From Eledone cirrhosa (Eukaryota), in contig OZ024744.1 in NCBI GenBank assembly GCA_964016885.1, positions 130,510,001-130,574,000 on the forward strand: 64,000 nucleotides of DNA, in the 5' to 3' direction. Below the pieces are notes generated by a model. That model did no database searches. It had not been told where the DNA came from and saw nothing but the letters and a program-made list of their open reading frames with translations. How positions within the stretch are numbered: the stretch's first letter is position 1; each line of letters begins with the position of its first letter. Below are positions 10,061 to 22,177 of the stretch, in pieces. A program made the position numbers and the translations under genes.

Positions 10061-13000
10061 AGTCGGGGTTAAGTTAAGTTGGCGTTAAGTTAAGTTGGCG
10101 TTAAGTTAAGTTAGGCTTAACTTAAGTTGGGGTTCAGTTAAGTTGGGGGTAAGTTAAGTTGGGGTTAAGTCAAGTTAGGGTTAAGTTAAGTTGGGGTTGA
10201 GTTAAGTTGGGGTTAATTAAGTGGTGGTTATGTTAAGTTGGGGTTAAGTTAAGTTGGGGTTAATTTAAATTGAGGTTAAGTTAACTTTGTGGTTAAGTTA
10301 AGTTGGGGTTAAGTTAAGTTGGGGTAAAGTTGGGGTTGAGTTAAGTTGGGGTTGAGTGAAGTTGGGGTTAAGTTAAGTTGGGGTTAAGTTAAGTTGGGGT
10401 TAAGATAAGTCGGGGTTAAGTTAAGTTGTGGTTGAGTTAAGTTGGGGTTAATTTAAGTTGGGGCTAAGTTAATTTGTGGTTAAGTTAAGTTGGGGTTAAG
10501 TTAAGTTGGGGTTAAGTTAAGTTGGGGTTGAGTTAAGTTGGGGCTGAGTTAATTTGGGTTTAAGTTAAGTTGGGGTTAAGTTAAGTTGGGTTTAAGTTAA
10601 GTTGGGGTTAAATTAAGTTGGGGTTAAATTAAGTTGGGGTTAAGTTAAGTTGGGGGTAAGTTAAGTTGGGGGCAAGTTAAGTTGGGGTTAATTTAAGTTG
10701 GGGTTAAATTAAGTTGGGGTTACGTTAAGTTGGTGTTAAGTTAAGTTGGGGTTAATTTAAGTTGGGGTTAAGTTAAGTTGGGGTTAAGTTAAGTCGGGGT
10801 TAAGTTAAGTTAGGGTTCAGTTAAGTTGGGGTTAAGTTAAGTTGGGGTTGAGTTAAATTGGGGTTGAGTTAAGTTGGGGTTGAGTTAAGTTGGTGTTGAG
10901 TTAAGTTGGGGTTAAGTTAAGTTGGGGTTAAGTTAAGTTGCAGTTAAGTTAAGTTGAGGTTAAGTTAAGGTGGGGTTAAGTTAAGTCGGGGTTAAGTTAA
11001 GTTGTGGTTGAGTTAAGTTGGGGTTAATTTAAGTTGGGGCTAAGTTAATTTGTGGTTAAGTTAAGTTGGGGTTAAGTTAAGTTGGGGTTAATTTAAGTTG
11101 GGGTTGAGTTAAGTTGGGGTTGAGTTAATTTGGGGTTAAGTTAAGTTGGGGTTAAGTTAAGTTGGGTTTAAGTTAAGTTGGGGTTAAATTAAGTTGGGGT
11201 TAAATTAAGTTGGGCTTAAGTTAAGTTGGCGTTAAGTTAAGTTGGGGGCAAGTTAAGTTGGGGTTAATTTAAGTTGGGGTTAAATTATGTTGGGGTTACG
11301 TTAAGTTGGTGTTAAGTTAAGTTGGGGTTAATTTAAGTTGGGGTTAATTAAGTTGGGGTTAAGTTAAGTTGGGGTTAAGTTAAGTTGGGGTTAATTTAAG
11401 TTGGGGTTGAGTTAAGTTGGGGTTAAGTTAAGTTGGGGTTATATTAAGTTGGGGTTAAGTTAAGTTGGGGTTCAGTTAAGTTGGGGATAAGTTAAGTTGG
11501 GGTTAAGTTAAGTTGGGGTTAATTAAGTTGGGGTTAAGTTAAGTTGGGGTTAAGTTAAGTTGGGGCTAAGTTAAGTTGGGGCTGAGTTAAGTTGGGGCTG
11601 AGTTAAGTTGGGGTTAAGTTAATTTGGGGTTGAGTTAAGTTGGGGTTAAGTTAAGTTGGGGTTAAGTTAAGTTGGGGTTAAATTAAGTTGGGGTTAAGTT
11701 AAGTTGGGGTTAAGTTAAGTTGGGGTTAAGTTAAGTCGGGGATAAGTTAAGTTGGGGATAATTTAAGTTGGGGTTAAGTTAAGTTGGGTTTAAGTTAAGT
11801 TGGGGTTAAGTTAAGTTGGGGTTAAGTTAAGTTGGGGTTAAGTTAAGTTGGGGCTAAGTTAAGTTGGGGTTCAGTTAAGTTGGGGTTAAGTTAAGTTGGG
11901 GTTAAGATGGGGTTAAATTAAGTTGGGGTTAAGTTAAGTTGGGGTTAAGTTAAGTTGGGGTTAAGTTAAGTTGGGGTTAAGTTAAGTCGGGGTTAAGTTA
12001 AGTCGGGGTTAAGTTAAGTTAGGGTTCAGTTAATTGGGGTTAAGTTAAGTTGGGGTTGAGTTAAGTTGGGGTTGAGTTAAATTGGGGTTGAGTTAAGTTG
12101 GGGTTGAGTTAAGTTGGTGTTGAGTTAAGTTGGGGTTAAGTTAAGTTGGGGTTAAATTAAGTTGGGGTTAAATTAAGTTGGGGTTAAGTTAAGTTGGGGG
12201 TAAGTTAAGTTGGGGGCAAGTTAAGTTGGGGTTAATTTAAGTTGGGGTTAAATTAAGTTGGGGTTACGTTAAGTTGGTGCTAAGTTAAGTTGGGGTTAAT
12301 TTAAGTTGGGGTTAATTAAGTTGGGGTTAAGTTAAGTTGGGGTTAAGTTAAGTTGGGGTTAATTTAAGTTGGGATTGAGTTAAGTTGGGGTTAAGTTAAT
12401 TTGGGGTTATATTAAGTTGGGGTTAAGTTAAGTTGGGGTTCAGTTAAGTTGGGGTTAAGTTAAGTTGGGGTTAAGTTAAGTTGAGGTTAAGTTAAGTTGG
12501 GGTTAAGTTAAGTTGGTGTTAAGTCAAGTTGGGGCTAAGTTAAGTTGGGGCTGAGTTAAGTTGGGGCTGAGTTAAGTTGGGGCTAAGTTAAGTTGGGTTG
12601 AGTTAAGTTGGGATTAAGTTGGGGTTAAGTTAAGTTAGGTTTAAGTTAAGTTGGGGTTAAGTTAAGTTGGGGTTAAGTTAAGTTGGGGTTAAGTTAAGTT
12701 GGGGTTAAGTTAAGTTGGGGTTAAGTTAATTTGGGGTTAATTTAATTTGTGGTTAAGTTAAGTTGTGGTTAAGTTAAGTTGGGGTTAAGTTAAGTTGGGG
12801 TTAATTTAAGTTGGGGTTAAGTTAAGTTGGGGTTAAGTTAAGTTGGGGTTAAGTTAAGTTGGGGTTAAGTTAAGTTGGGGATAATTTAAGTTGGCGTTAA
12901 GTTAAGTTTGAGTTTAAGTTAAGTTGGGGTTAAGTTAAGCTGGGGTTAAGTTAAGTTGGGGTTAAGTTAAGTTGGGGTTAATTTAAGTTGGGGTTAAGTT

Positions 13001-13184
13001 AAGTTGGGGTTAAGTTAAGTCGGGGTTAAGTTAAGTTGGGGTTAAGTTAAGTTGGGGTTAAGTTAAGTTGGTTAGTTAAGTTGAGTTTAAGTTAAGTTGG
13101 GGTTAATTTAAGTTGGGGTTAAGTTAAGTTGGGGTTAAGTTAAGTTGGGGTTAAGTTAAGTTGGGGTTAAGTTAAGTTGGGGTT

Positions 13185-13359
13185 AACCCCAACTTAACTT
13201 AACCCCAACTTCACTCAACCCCAACGTAACTCAACCCCAACTTAACTTAACCCCAACTTCACTCAACCCCAACTTAACTTAACCCCAACTTCACTCAACC
13301 CCAACTTCCAACTTGACTTAACCCCAACTTAACTTAGCCCCAACTTAACTTAAGCCCAA
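13185..13359 (-). repeat. Inverted satellite island, allele B, copy 3
   Basis: Same 175-bp C-rich sequence and the same flanks. Confidence 0.97.
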
Positions 13360-15905
13360 AGTCGGGGTTAAGTTAAGTTGGCGTTAAGTTAAGTTGGCGT
13401 TAAGTTAAGTTAGGCTTAACTTAAGTTGGGGTTCAGTTAAGTTGGGGGTAAGTTAAGTTGGGGTTAAGTTAAGTTAGGGTTAAGTTAAGTTGGGGTTGAG
13501 TTAAGTTGGGGTTAATTAAGTGGTGGTTATGTTAAGTTGGGGTTAAGTTAAGTTGGGGTTAATTTAAATTGGGGTTAAGTTAACTTTGTGGTTAAGTTAA
13601 GTTGGGGTTAAGTTAAGTTGGGGTAAAGTTGGGGTTGAGTTAAGTTGGGGTTGAGTGAAGTTGGGGTTAAGTTAAGTTGGGGTTAAGTTAAGTTGGGGTT
13701 AAGATAAGTCGGGGTTAAGTTAAGTTGTGATTGAGTTAAGTTGGGGTTAATTTAAGTTGGGGCTAAGTTAATTTGTGGTTAAGTTAAGTTGGGGTTAAGT
13801 TAAGTTGGGGTTAAGTTAAGTTGGGGTTAAGTTAAGTTGGGGTTGAGTTAAGTTGGGGCTGAGTTAATTTGGGTTTAAGTTAAGTTGGGGTTAAGTTAAG
13901 TTGGGTTTAAGTTAAGTTGGGGTTAAATTAAGTTGGGGTTAAATTAAGTTGGGGTTAAGTTAAGTTGGGGGTAAGTTAAGTTGGGGGCAAGTTAAGTTGG
14001 GGTTAATTTAAGTTGGGGTTAAATTAAGTTGGGGTTACGTTAAGTTGGTGTTAAGTTAAGTTGGGGTTAATTTAAGTTGGGGTTAATTAAGTTGGGGTTA
14101 AGTTAAGTTGGGGTTAAGTTAAGTTGGGGTTAATTTAAGTTGGGGTTGAGTTAAGTTGGGGTTAAGTTAAGTTGGGGTTATATTAAGTTGGGGTTAAGTT
14201 AAGTTGGGGTTCAGTTAAGTTGGGGTTAAGTTAAGTTGGGGTTAAGTTAAGTTGAGGTTAAGTTAAGTTGGGGTTAAGTTAAGTTGGTGTTAAGTTAAGT
14301 TGGGGCTAAGTTAAGTTGGGGCTGAGTTAAGTTGGGGCTGAGTTAAGTTGGGGCTAAGTTAAGTTGGGGTTGAGTTAAGTTGGGGTTAAGTTGGGGTTAA
14401 GTTAAGTTAGGTTTAAGTTAAGTTGGGGTTAAGTTAAGTTGGGGTTAAGTTAAGTTGGGGTTAAGTTAAGTTGGGGTTAAGTTAAGTTGGGGTTAAGTTA
14501 AGTTGGGGTTAAGTTAAGTTGGGGTTAAGTTAATTTGTGGTTAAGTTAAGTTGTGGTTAAGTTAAGTTGGTTAGTTAAGTTGAGTTTAAGTTAAGTTGGG
14601 GTTAAGTTAAGTTGGGGTTAAGTTAAGTTGGGGTTAAGTTAAGTCGGGGTTAAGTTAAGTTATGGTTCAGTTAAGTTGGGGTTAAGTTAAGTTGGGGTTG
14701 AGTTAAGTTGGGGTTGAGTTAAATTGGGGTTGAGTTAAGTTGGGGTTGAGTTAAGTTGGTGTTGAGTTAAGTTGGGGTTAAGTTAAGTTGGGGTTAAATT
14801 AAGTTGGGGTTAAATTAAGTTGGGGTTAAGTTAAGTTGGGGGTAAGTTAAGTTGGGGGCAAGTTAAGTTGGGGTTAATTTAAGTTGGGGTTAAATTAAGT
14901 TGGGGTTACGTTAAGTTGGTGTTAAGTTAAGTTGGGGTTAATTTAAGTTGGGGTTAATTAATGTTGGGGTTAAGTTAAGTTGGGGTTAAGTTAAGTTGGG
15001 GTTAAGTTAAGTTGAGGTTAAGTTAAGTTGGGGTTAAGTTAAGTTGGTGTTAAGTTAAGTTGGGGCTAAGTTAAGTTGGGGCTGAGTTAAGTTGGGGCTG
15101 AGTTAAGTTGGGGCTAAGTTAAGTTGGGGTTGAGTTAAGTTGGGGTTAAGTTGGGGTTAAGTTAAGTTAGGTTTAAGTTAAGTTGGGTTTAAGTTAAGTT
15201 GGGATTAAGTTAAGTTGGGGTTAAGTTAAGTTGGGGTTAAGTTAAGTTGGGGTTAAGTTAAGTTGGGGTTAAGTTAAGTTGGGGTTAAGTTAAGTTGGGG
15301 TTAAGTTAAGTCGGGGTTAAGTTAAGTTGGGGTTAAGTTAAGTTGGGGTTAAGTTAAGTTGGGGTTAAGTTAAGTTGGGGTTAAGTTAAGTCGGGGTTAA
15401 GTTAAGTTGGGGTTAAGTTAAGTTGGGGTTAATTTAAGTTGGGGTTAAGTTAAGTTGGGGTTAAGTTAAGTTGGGGTTAAGTTAAGTTGGGGTTAAGTTA
15501 AGTTGGGGATAATTTAAGTTGGGGTTAAGTTAAGTTTGAGTTTAAGTTAAGTTGGGGTTAAGTTAAGTTGGGGTTAAGTTAAGTTGGGGTTAAGTTGAGT
15601 TGGTTAGTTAAGTTGAGTTTAAGTTAAGTTGGGGTTAATTTAAGTTGGGGTTAAGTTAAGCTGGGGTTAAGTTAAGTTGGGGTTAATTTAAGTTGGGGTT
15701 AATTTAAGTTGGGGTTAAGTTAAGTTGGGGTTAAGTTAAGTCGGGGTTAAGTTAAGTTGGGGTTAAGTTAAGTTGGGGTTAAGTTAAGTTGAGGTTAAGT
15801 TAAGTTGGTTAGTTAAGTTGAGTTTAAGTTAAGTTGGGGTTAATTTAAGTTGGGGTTAAGTTAAGTTGGGGTTAAGTTAAGTTGGGGTTAAGTTAAGTTG
15901 GGGTT

Positions 15906-16080
15906 AACCCCAACTTAACTTAACCCCAACTTCACTCAACCCCAACGTAACTCAACCCCAACTTAACTTAACCCCAACTTCACTCAACCCCAACTTAACT
16001 TAACCCCAACTTCACTCAACCCCAACTTCCAACTTGACTTAACCCCAACTTAACTTAGCCCCAACTTAACTTATGCCCAA
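15906..16080 (-). repeat. Inverted satellite island, allele B, copy 4 (TTATGCCCAA end variant)
   Basis: Same 175-bp sequence; shares the ATG variant with copy 2, 6020 bp upstream. Confidence 0.97.
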
Positions 16081-19000
16081 AGTCGGGGTTAAGTTAAGTT
16101 GGCGTTAAGTTAAGTTGGCGTTAAGTTAAGTTAGGCTTAACTTAAGTTGGGGTTCAGTTAAGTTGGGGGTAAGTTAAGTTGGGGTTAAGTCAAGTTAGGG
16201 TTAAGTTAAGTTGGGGTTGAGTTAAGTTGGGGTTAATTAAGTGGTGGTTATGTTAAGTTGGGGTTAAGTTAAGTTGGGGTTAATTTAAATTGAGGTTAAG
16301 TTAACTTTGTGGTTAAGTTAAGTTGGGGTTAAGTTAAGTTGGGGTAAAGTTGGGGTTGAGTTAAGTTGGGGTTGAGTGAAGTTGGGGTTAAGTTAAGTTG
16401 GGGTTAAGTTAAGTTGGGGTTAAGATAAGTCGGGGTTAAGTTAAGTTGTGGTTGAGTTAAGTTGGGGTTAATTTAAGTTGGGGCTAAGTTAATTTGTGGT
16501 TAAGTTAAGTTGGGGTTAAGTTAAGTTGGGGTTAAGTTAAGTTGGGGTTGAGTTAAGTTGGGGCTGAGTTAATTTGGGTTTAAGTTAAGTTGGGGTTAAG
16601 TTAAGTTGGGTTTAAGTTAAGTTGGGGTTAAATTAAGTTGGGGTTAAATTAAGTTGGGGTTAAGTTAAGTTGGGGGTAAGTTAAGTTGGGGGCAAGTTAA
16701 GTTGGGGTTAATTTAAGTTGGGGTTAAATTAAGTTGGGGTTACGTTAAGTTGGTGTTAAGTTAAGTTGGGGTTAATTTAAGTTGGGGTTAAGTTAAGTTG
16801 GGGTTAAGTTAAGTCGGGGTTAAGTTAAGTTAGGGTTCAGTTAAGTTGGGGTTAAGTTAAGTTGGGGTTGAGTTAAATTGGGGTTGAGTTAAGTTGGGGT
16901 TGAGTTAAGTTGGTGTTGAGTTAAGTTGGGGTTAAGTTAAGTTGGGGTTAAGTTAAGTTGCAGTTAAGTTAAGTTGAGGTTAAGTTAAGGTGGGGTTAAG
17001 TTAAGTCGGGGTTAAGTTAAGTTGTGGTTGAGTTAAGTTGGGGTTAATTTAAGTTGGGGCTAAGTTAATTTGTGGTTAAGTTAAGTTGGGGTTAAGTTAA
17101 GTTGGGGTTAATTTAAGTTGGGGTTGAGTTAAGTTGGGGTTGAGTTAATTTGGGGTTAAGTTAAGTTGGGGTTAAGTTAAGTTGGGTTTAAGTTAAGTTG
17201 GGGTTAAATTAAGTTGGGGTTAAATTAAGTTGGGGTTAAGTTAAGTTGGCGTTAAGTTAAGTTGGGGGCAAGTTAAGTTGGGGTTAATTTAAGTTGGGGT
17301 TAAATTATGTTGGGGTTACGTTAAGTTGGTGTTAAGTTAAGTTGGGGTTAATTTAAGTTGGGGTTAATTAAGTTGGGGTTAAGTTAAGTTGGGGTTAAGT
17401 TAAGTTGGGGTTAATTTAAGTTGGGGTTGAGTTAAGTTGGGGTTAAGTTAAGTTGGGGTTATATTAAGTTGGGGTTAAGTTAAGTTGGGGTTCAGTTAAG
17501 TTGGGGATAAGTTAAGTTGGGGTTAAGTTAAGTTGGGGTTAATTAAGTTGGGGTTAAGTTAAGTTGGGGTTAAGTTAAGTTGGGGCTAAGTTAAGTTGGG
17601 GCTGAGTTAAGTTGGGGCTGAGTTAAGTTGGGGTTAAGTTAATTTGGGGTTGAGTTAAGTTGGGGTTAAGTTAAGTTGGGGTTAAGTTAAGTTGGGGTTA
17701 AATTAAGTTGGGGTTAAGTTAAGTTGGGGTTAAGTTAAGTTGGGGTTAAGTTAAGTCGGGGATAAGTTAAGTTGGGGATAATTTAAGTTGGGGTTAAGTT
17801 AAGTTGGGTTTAAGTTAAGTTGGGGTTAAGTTAAGTTGGGGTTAAGTTAAGTTGGGGTTAAGTTAAGTTGGGGCTAAGTTAAGTTGGGGTTCAGTTAAGT
17901 TGGGGTTAAGTTAAGTTGGGGTTAAGATGGGGTTAAATTAAGTTGGGGTTAAGTTAAGTTGGGGTTAAGTTAAGTTGGGGTTAAGTTAAGTTGGGGTTAA
18001 GTTAAGTCGGGGTTAAGTTAAGTCGGGGTTAAGTTAAGTTAGGGTTCAGTTAATTGGGGTTAAGTTAAGTTGGGGTTGAGTTAAGTTGGGGTTGAGTTAA
18101 ATTGGGGTTGAGTTAAGTTGGGGTTGAGTTAAGTTGGTGTTGAGTTAAGTTGGGGTTAAGTTAAGTTGGGGTTAAATTAAGTTGGGGTTAAATTAAGTTG
18201 GGGTTAAGTTAAGTTGGGGGTAAGTTAAGTTGGGGGCAAGTTAAGTTGGGGTTAATTTAAGTTGGGGTTAAATTAAGTTGGGGTTACGTTAAGTTGGTGC
18301 TAAGTTAAGTTGGGGTTAATTTAAGTTGGGGTTAATTAAGTTGGGGTTAAGTTAAGTTGGGGTTAAGTTAAGTTGGGGTTAATTTAAGTTGGGATTGAGT
18401 TAAGTTGGGGTTAAGTTAATTTGGGGTTATATTAAGTTGGGGTTAAGTTAAGTTGGGGTTCAGTTAAGTTGGGGTTAAGTTAAGTTGGGGTTAAGTTAAG
18501 TTGAGGTTAAGTTAAGTTGGGGTTAAGTCAAGTTGGGGCTAAGTTAAGTTGGGGCTGAGTTAAGTTGGGGCTGAGTTAAGTTGGGGCTAAGTTAAGTTGG
18601 GTTGAGTTAAGTTGGGATTAAGTTGGGGTTAAGTTAAGTTAGGTTTAAGTTAAGTTGGGGTTAAGTTAAGTTGGGGTTAAGTTAAGTTGGGGTTAAGTTA
18701 AGTTGGGGTTAAGTTAAGTTGGGGTTAAGTTAATTTGGGGTTAATTTAATTTGTGGTTAAGTTAAGTTGTGGTTAAGTTAAGTTGGGGTTAAGTTAAGTT
18801 GGGGTTAATTTAAGTTGGGGTTAAGTTAAGTTGGGGTTAAGTTAAGTTGGGGTTAAGTTAAGTTGGGGTTAAGTTAAGTTGGGGATAATTTAAGTTGGCG
18901 TTAAGTTAAGTTTGAGTTTAAGTTAAGTTGGGGTTAAGTTAAGTTGGGGTTAAGTTAAGTTGGGGTTAAGTTAAGTTGGTTAGTTAAGTTGAGTTTAAGT

Positions 19001-19281
19001 TAAGTTGGGGTTAATTTAAGTTGGGGTTAAGTTAAGCTGGGGTTAAGTTAAGTTGGGGTTAAGTTAAGTTGGGGTTAATTTAAGTTGGGGTTAAGTTAAG
19101 TTGGGGTTAAGTTAAGTCGGGGTTAAGTTAAGTTGGGGTTAAGTTAAGTTGGGGTTAAGTTAAGTTGGTTAGTTAAGTTGAGTTTAAGTTAAGTTGGGGT
19201 TAATTTAAGTTGGGGTTAAGTTAAGTTGGGGTTAAGTTAAGTTGGGGTTAAGTTAAGTTGGGGTTAAGTTAAGTTGGGGTT

Positions 19282-19456
19282 AACCCCAACTTAACTTAAC
19301 CCCAACTTCACTCAACCCCAACGTAACTCAACCCCAACTTAACTTAACCCCAACTTCACTCAACCCCAACTTAACTTAACCCCAACTTCACTCAACCCCA
19401 ACTTCCAACTTGACTTAACCCCAACTTAACTTAGCCCCAACTTAACTTAAGCCCAA
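19282..19456 (-). repeat. Inverted satellite island, allele B, copy 5
   Basis: Same 175-bp C-rich sequence and the same flanks. Confidence 0.97.
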
Positions 19457-22002
19457 AGTCGGGGTTAAGTTAAGTTGGCGTTAAGTTAAGTTGGCGTTAA
19501 GTTAAGTTAGGCTTAACTTAAGTTGGGGTTCAGTTAAGTTGGGGGTAAGTTAAGTTGGGGTTAAGTTAAGTTAGGGTTAAGTTAAGTTGGGGTTGAGTTA
19601 AGTTGGGGTTAATTAAGTGGTGGTTATGTTAAGTTGGGGTTAAGTTAAGTTGGGGTTAATTTAAATTGGGGTTAAGTTAACTTTGTGGTTAAGTTAAGTT
19701 GGGGTTAAGTTAAGTTGGGGTAAAGTTGGGGTTGAGTTAAGTTGGGGTTGAGTGAAGTTGGGGTTAAGTTAAGTTGGGGTTAAGTTAAGTTGGGGTTAAG
19801 ATAAGTCGGGGTTAAGTTAAGTTGTGATTGAGTTAAGTTGGGGTTAATTTAAGTTGGGGCTAAGTTAATTTGTGGTTAAGTTAAGTTGGGGTTAAGTTAA
19901 GTTGGGGTTAAGTTAAGTTGGGGTTAAGTTAAGTTGGGGTTGAGTTAAGTTGGGGCTGAGTTAATTTGGGTTTAAGTTAAGTTGGGGTTAAGTTAAGTTG
20001 GGTTTAAGTTAAGTTGGGGTTAAATTAAGTTGGGGTTAAATTAAGTTGGGGTTAAGTTAAGTTGGGGGTAAGTTAAGTTGGGGGCAAGTTAAGTTGGGGT
20101 TAATTTAAGTTGGGGTTAAATTAAGTTGGGGTTACGTTAAGTTGGTGTTAAGTTAAGTTGGGGTTAATTTAAGTTGGGGTTAATTAAGTTGGGGTTAAGT
20201 TAAGTTGGGGTTAAGTTAAGTTGGGGTTAATTTAAGTTGGGGTTGAGTTAAGTTGGGGTTAAGTTAAGTTGGGGTTATATTAAGTTGGGGTTAAGTTAAG
20301 TTGGGGTTCAGTTAAGTTGGGGTTAAGTTAAGTTGGGGTTAAGTTAAGTTGAGGTTAAGTTAAGTTGGGGTTAAGTTAAGTTGGTGTTAAGTTAAGTTGG
20401 GGCTAAGTTAAGTTGGGGCTGAGTTAAGTTGGGGCTGAGTTAAGTTGGGGCTAAGTTAAGTTGGGGTTGAGTTAAGTTGGGGTTAAGTTGGGGTTAAGTT
20501 AAGTTAGGTTTAAGTTAAGTTGGGGTTAAGTTAAGTTGGGGTTAAGTTAAGTTGGGGTTAAGTTAAGTTGGGGTTAAGTTAAGTTGGGGTTAAGTTAAGT
20601 TGGGGTTAAGTTAAGTTGGGGTTAAGTTAATTTGTGGTTAAGTTAAGTTGTGGTTAAGTTAAGTTGGTTAGTTAAGTTGAGTTTAAGTTAAGTTGGGGTT
20701 AAGTTAAGTTGGGGTTAAGTTAAGTTGGGGTTAAGTTAAGTCGGGGTTAAGTTAAGTTATGGTTCAGTTAAGTTGGGGTTAAGTTAAGTTGGGGTTGAGT
20801 TAAGTTGGGGTTGAGTTAAATTGGGGTTGAGTTAAGTTGGGGTTGAGTTAAGTTGGTGTTGAGTTAAGTTGGGGTTAAGTTAAGTTGGGGTTAAATTAAG
20901 TTGGGGTTAAATTAAGTTGGGGTTAAGTTAAGTTGGGGGTAAGTTAAGTTGGGGGCAAGTTAAGTTGGGGTTAATTTAAGTTGGGGTTAAATTAAGTTGG
21001 GGTTACGTTAAGTTGGTGTTAAGTTAAGTTGGGGTTAATTTAAGTTGGGGTTAATTAATGTTGGGGTTAAGTTAAGTTGGGGTTAAGTTAAGTTGGGGTT
21101 AAGTTAAGTTGAGGTTAAGTTAAGTTGGGGTTAAGTTAAGTTGGTGTTAAGTTAAGTTGGGGCTAAGTTAAGTTGGGGCTGAGTTAAGTTGGGGCTGAGT
21201 TAAGTTGGGGCTAAGTTAAGTTGGGGTTGAGTTAAGTTGGGGTTAAGTTGGGGTTAAGTTAAGTTAGGTTTAAGTTAAGTTGGGTTTAAGTTAAGTTGGG
21301 GTTAAGTTAAGTTGGGGTTAAGTTAAGTTGGGGTTAAGTTAAGTTGGGGTTAAGTTAAGTTGGGGTTAAGTTAAGTTGGGGTTAAGTTAAGTTGGGGTTA
21401 AGTTAAGTCGGGGTTAAGTTAAGTTGGGGTTAAGTTAAGTTGGGGTTAAGTTAAGTTGGGGTTAAGTTAAGTTGGGGTTAAGTTAAGTCGGGGTTAAGTT
21501 AAGTTGGGGTTAAGTTAAGTTGGGGTTAATTTAAGTTGGGGTTAAGTTAAGTTGGGGTTAAGTTAAGTTGGGGTTAAGTTAAGTTGGGGTTAAGTTAAGT
21601 TGGGGATAATTTAAGTTGGGGTTAAGTTAAGTTTGAGTTTAAGTTAAGTTGGGGTTAAGTTAAGTTCGGGTTAAGTTAAGTTGGGGTTAAGTTAAGTTGG
21701 TTAGTTAAGTTGAGTTTAAGTTAAGTTGGGGTTAATTTAAGTTGGGGTTAAGTTAAGCTGGGGTTAAGTTAAGTTGGGGTTAATTTAAGTTGGGGTTAAC
21801 TTAAGTTGGGGTTAAGTTAAGTTGGGGTTAAGTTAAGTCGGGGTTAAGTTAAGTTGGGGTTAAGTTAAGTTGGGGTTAAGTTAAGTTGAGGTTAAGTTAA
21901 GTTGGTTAGTTAAGTTGAGTTTAAGTTAAGTTGGGGTTAATTTAAGTTGGGGTTAAGTTAAGTTGGGGTTAAGTTAAGTTGGGGTTAAGTTAAGTTGGGG
22001 TT

Positions 22003-22177
22003 AACCCCAACTTAACTTAACCCCAACTTCACTCAACCCCAACGTAACTCAACCCCAACTTAACTTAACCCCAACTTCACTCAACCCCAACTTAACTTAA
22101 CCCCAACTTCACTCAACCCCAACTTCCAACTTGACTTAACCCCAACTTAACTTAGCCCCAACTTAACTTAAGCCCAA
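22003..22177 (-). repeat. Inverted satellite island, allele B, copy 6
   Basis: Same 175-bp C-rich sequence; TTAAGCCCAA end. Confidence 0.97.
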